In this document: in pieces, positions 50,250 through 52,147 of the stretch
How positions within the stretch are numbered: position 1 is the first letter of the stretch
How the letters are laid out: each line of letters opens with the position of its first letter
Assembly: GCA_964344485.1 (NCBI GenBank)
Contig: CAYFNF010000003.1
Location: 50,149 to 102,295, forward strand
Length of the DNA stretch: 52,147 nucleotides
Source of the DNA: an uncultured Gammaproteobacteria bacterium
GTDB lineage: Bacteria; Patescibacteriota; Patescibacteriia; UBA9570; XYC2-FULL-38-9
Reading direction: 5' to 3'
Made by a program: the position numbers and the translations under genes
Notes under the pieces: generated by a model
Databases searched by the model: none
Told to the model about the DNA's origin: nothing
The model's input: only the letters and a program-made list of their open reading frames with translations

Positions 50250-51553
50250 ACGATATACGGCTCGTGCTTAGAACGAGGGTGATTTACTCGATATAATTGG
50301 TTACGCTTCTTGAAACCGATCTGCAATACCACGACAATCAACATGACGCAGGTCAGCATCACACCGCATCCAATGAATAATGTGTCCCAGCCGTACTGGT
50401 CTGTTACAAACCCAATAATTGGTGAAAACACCACGACACCGAGCGCCTGCACTAAGGTCGCCATTGCAGATCCAGTTCCAGTGAATTGCTTTGGCGTCAG
50501 CACTGATATCACGGAACTCAATGACGGAAGGTGTATTGCATATCCAGCAACAAACATAAATGACAGTATAAAGATGGCCAGCGAGCTGTCGTGCCAGAGC
50601 GACAGAATAGAGATGGCAATTGCAGAGACACCTAAACCGAGAATGATCACGCGTAGGCGTTCAGAGTGGTCAGCAATCTCCGCTGAGATAAAACTAAACA
50701 AGAATGGAATAGTCATGATGATGACCAATACACCAATCTTAGTAATAGAAAAACCTAACGACTGAGCGTAGAGCGGGATAAAAACAAACGCTACAATATG
50801 AATGGACATGCCCAAGAACCGCAGGATGTACATCCACCACATCTCAGAGTTGAACCCCTTTATCTCTTGAACAAAGCGCAATACAAATTTGTCCTTAACC
50901 ACTACACCATGAATTGCTTTGTGAAACGGTTGATGGTGTTTCTCTTTAATGCCGCGAGTAAATATCATACTAAGAAGCGGCATGATCATTACTGGAATGA
51001 ATATATAGTAAATCGGGAACTTCCAGACTAACCACAGGGCAATACCCAATCCGATACACCAGGTTAATTTGATTGCAGCAAAATAGAATCCAAACGTTAA
51101 TGCTGCGTCATTCTCATCAGAGTAATCACGTAGTGTGGAAGTAGTTCCTGTCCAGACCACTACCCCGAGCATACCGTTGATGAGTAGCGCTATCACGAGC
51201 ACCGGGATAGATAATGTAATACCAGCGATAAAGTACATGAGCGCAACAACAAAATATCCGGTCTTGGCTACGTTCACCACAGTGGAGTGACGCATACGGT
51301 CTAATAAATTACCGATAGGAATTAGAATAATCACTCCTGCAACTGTAGCAAGCATTTGGAATAGCCCGACAATTGTGTATTGATCTGAAAACGTACTTAG
51401 GTATAACGAGAAGAACGGGTCCGCAAACCCCCAGCCGAGATTATAGATAGATATCGACGCGATCGTAAAAATCGTCACCTTCGGCAGATGACGGAAATCC
51501 CCTTTCATTACTTTCAGCAGTGTTTGAAATCGATCGACAAATGTACGGTGCAT
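50246..51553 (-). CDS. Major facilitator superfamily transporter
   Basis: 435 aa, about 12 TM helices, with the motif-A-like loop GNLLDRMRH. ATGA overlap with the downstream nucleotidyltransferase gene. Confidence 0.85.
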   Translation of the reverse strand: MHRTFVDRFQTLLKVMKGDFRHLPKVTIFTIASISIYNLGWGFADPFFSLYLSTFSDQYTIVGLFQMLATVAGVIILIPIGNLLDRMRHSTVVNVAKTGYFVVALMYFIAGITLSIPVLVIALLINGMLGVVVWTGTTSTLRDYSDENDAALTFGFYFAAIKLTWCIGLGIALWLVWKFPIYYIFIPVMIMPLLSMIFTRGIKEKHHQPFHKAIHGVVVKDKFVLRFVQEIKGFNSEMWWMYILRFLGMSIHIVAFVFIPLYAQSLGFSITKIGVLVIIMTIPFLFSFISAEIADHSERLRVIILGLGVSAIAISILSLWHDSSLAIFILSFMFVAGYAIHLPSLSSVISVLTPKQFTGTGSAMATLVQALGVVVFSPIIGFVTDQYGWDTLFIGCGVMLTCVMLIVVVLQIGFKKRNQLYRVNHPRSKHEPYIV

Positions 51554-51565
51554 GAATACCGTTGT

Positions 51566-52147
51566 TTAAAACTTAAAGCGAGCAGCACCCATTTCAATAT
51601 CTTCTTTCTGCAGTGCTGCGTGTAACTTCTGCCGCAACTCACGCTCTAGCTCCCACTGTTTATGTGATTTGGACTGGCCGAGTATTCGGACAATCATTCC
51701 ATTTGTTGTGTAGTCCACGACACCTAATACCTCTGGTTCTTTAGTGAGCTCCTTGGCATTGTGTTTTAGTTTTGAAAAATCACGAACTACTTTCTTGGAT
51801 ATGGACAGCACTTTCTTTACATCAGCTGAATACGGAATTCCAAAGTCGATTCGGACTGCAGACCAATTCTTGGTGTAGTTAGACACGGTCTTGATCGCGC
51901 TGTTTGGAATATGATGCTCCACACCATTCGTGTCACGCAATACCGTGCGGCGCAAATTCATCTCTTCAACATTTCCAGCAATGCCCGCGATCTGTACGTA
52001 GTCCCCTTTATCAAACTGATCTTCCACTAGAATAAATAATCCTGCTAGGAAATCCTTGACTATGGTTTGTGACCCAAATCCGAGTGCCACGCCTAGGATA
52101 CCCGCGCCAGCAAGCATAGGCGCAATATTAATCCCGACCTCTGCAAG
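51566..52147 (-). CDS. mscS: Small-conductance mechanosensitive channel (MscS family); 5' end is off the window
   Basis: The frame stays open to the window edge (..LAEVGINIAPMLAGAGILGVALGFGSQTIVKDFLAGLFILVEDQF), which is the pore-lining TM3 signature. A beta-domain follows. Confidence 0.85.
   Translation of the reverse strand, partial: LAEVGINIAPMLAGAGILGVALGFGSQTIVKDFLAGLFILVEDQFDKGDYVQIAGIAGNVEEMNLRRTVLRDTNGVEHHIPNSAIKTVSNYTKNWSAVRIDFGIPYSADVKKVLSISKKVVRDFSKLKHNAKELTKEPEVLGVVDYTTNGMIVRILGQSKSHKQWELERELRQKLHAALQKEDIEMGAARFKF

Noticed and set aside
1-52147. Search for tRNA/rRNA genes, CRISPR arrays, IS elements, integrases, prophage or canonical defence/toxin-antitoxin modules
   Set aside because: Intergenic gaps are short, with the largest at 326, 229, 117, 107 and 105 bp. 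These are explained by promoters, terminators and NrdR boxes. No cloverleaf-like sequences, spaced direct repeats, DDE/tyrosine-recombinase motifs or paired small-ORF toxin-antitoxin architecture were seen by eye. This is limited by manual inspection.

Overview
Gene-dense bacterial chromosome segment of 52 kb, low GC (low 40s % by eye), with about 50 CDS, most on the minus strand. It uses the standard genetic code: an intact RF2 gene is present and TGA/TAA/TAG all terminate ORFs. All family calls come from motif reading by eye; no HMM or BLAST search was possible.

Recognisable housekeeping genes: split comEC, glmS, prfB, htrA, nrdJ, cobO-type adenosyltransferase, nrdR, ftsZ, ftsA, dgkA, ybeY, yqeY, rpsU, a HIT protein, hisS, lepB, an LCP protein, der, pth, rarA, suhB-like, mfd, cutA, yjbQ, queG, an MFS transporter and mscS (partial).

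The gene content, the tight or overlapping gene junctions, the many signal- or TM-anchored low-complexity ORFans, and a VirB2-like pilin module best fit a small-genome CPR/Patescibacteria-like organism (inference). I saw no rRNA, tRNA, CRISPR array, transposase, integrase, reverse transcriptase or recognisable defence or toxin-antitoxin system.

Items most worth a second look:
1. A 2,524-aa, very acidic, Cys-rich surface protein whose N-terminus is a VirB2/TrbC-like pilin membrane module. Two paralogous calcium-repeat bitopic proteins follow it, in a run that continues into ybeY-dgkA-ftsA.
2. A presenilin/signal-peptide-peptidase-like GxGD intramembrane protease overlapping cutA by 4 nt.
3. 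Small GC3-rich ORFan islets with foreign codon usage sitting between housekeeping genes.
4. An nrdR-cobO-(secreted protein)-nrdJ cluster with tandem NrdR boxes 32 bp apart over the predicted nrdJ promoter.
5. A perfect 84-bp coding tandem repeat in a secreted protein.
6. An MFS / Lnu- or ANT-like nucleotidyltransferase / micro-protein operon.

Several near-consensus sigma70-type promoters and intrinsic terminators are readable directly.
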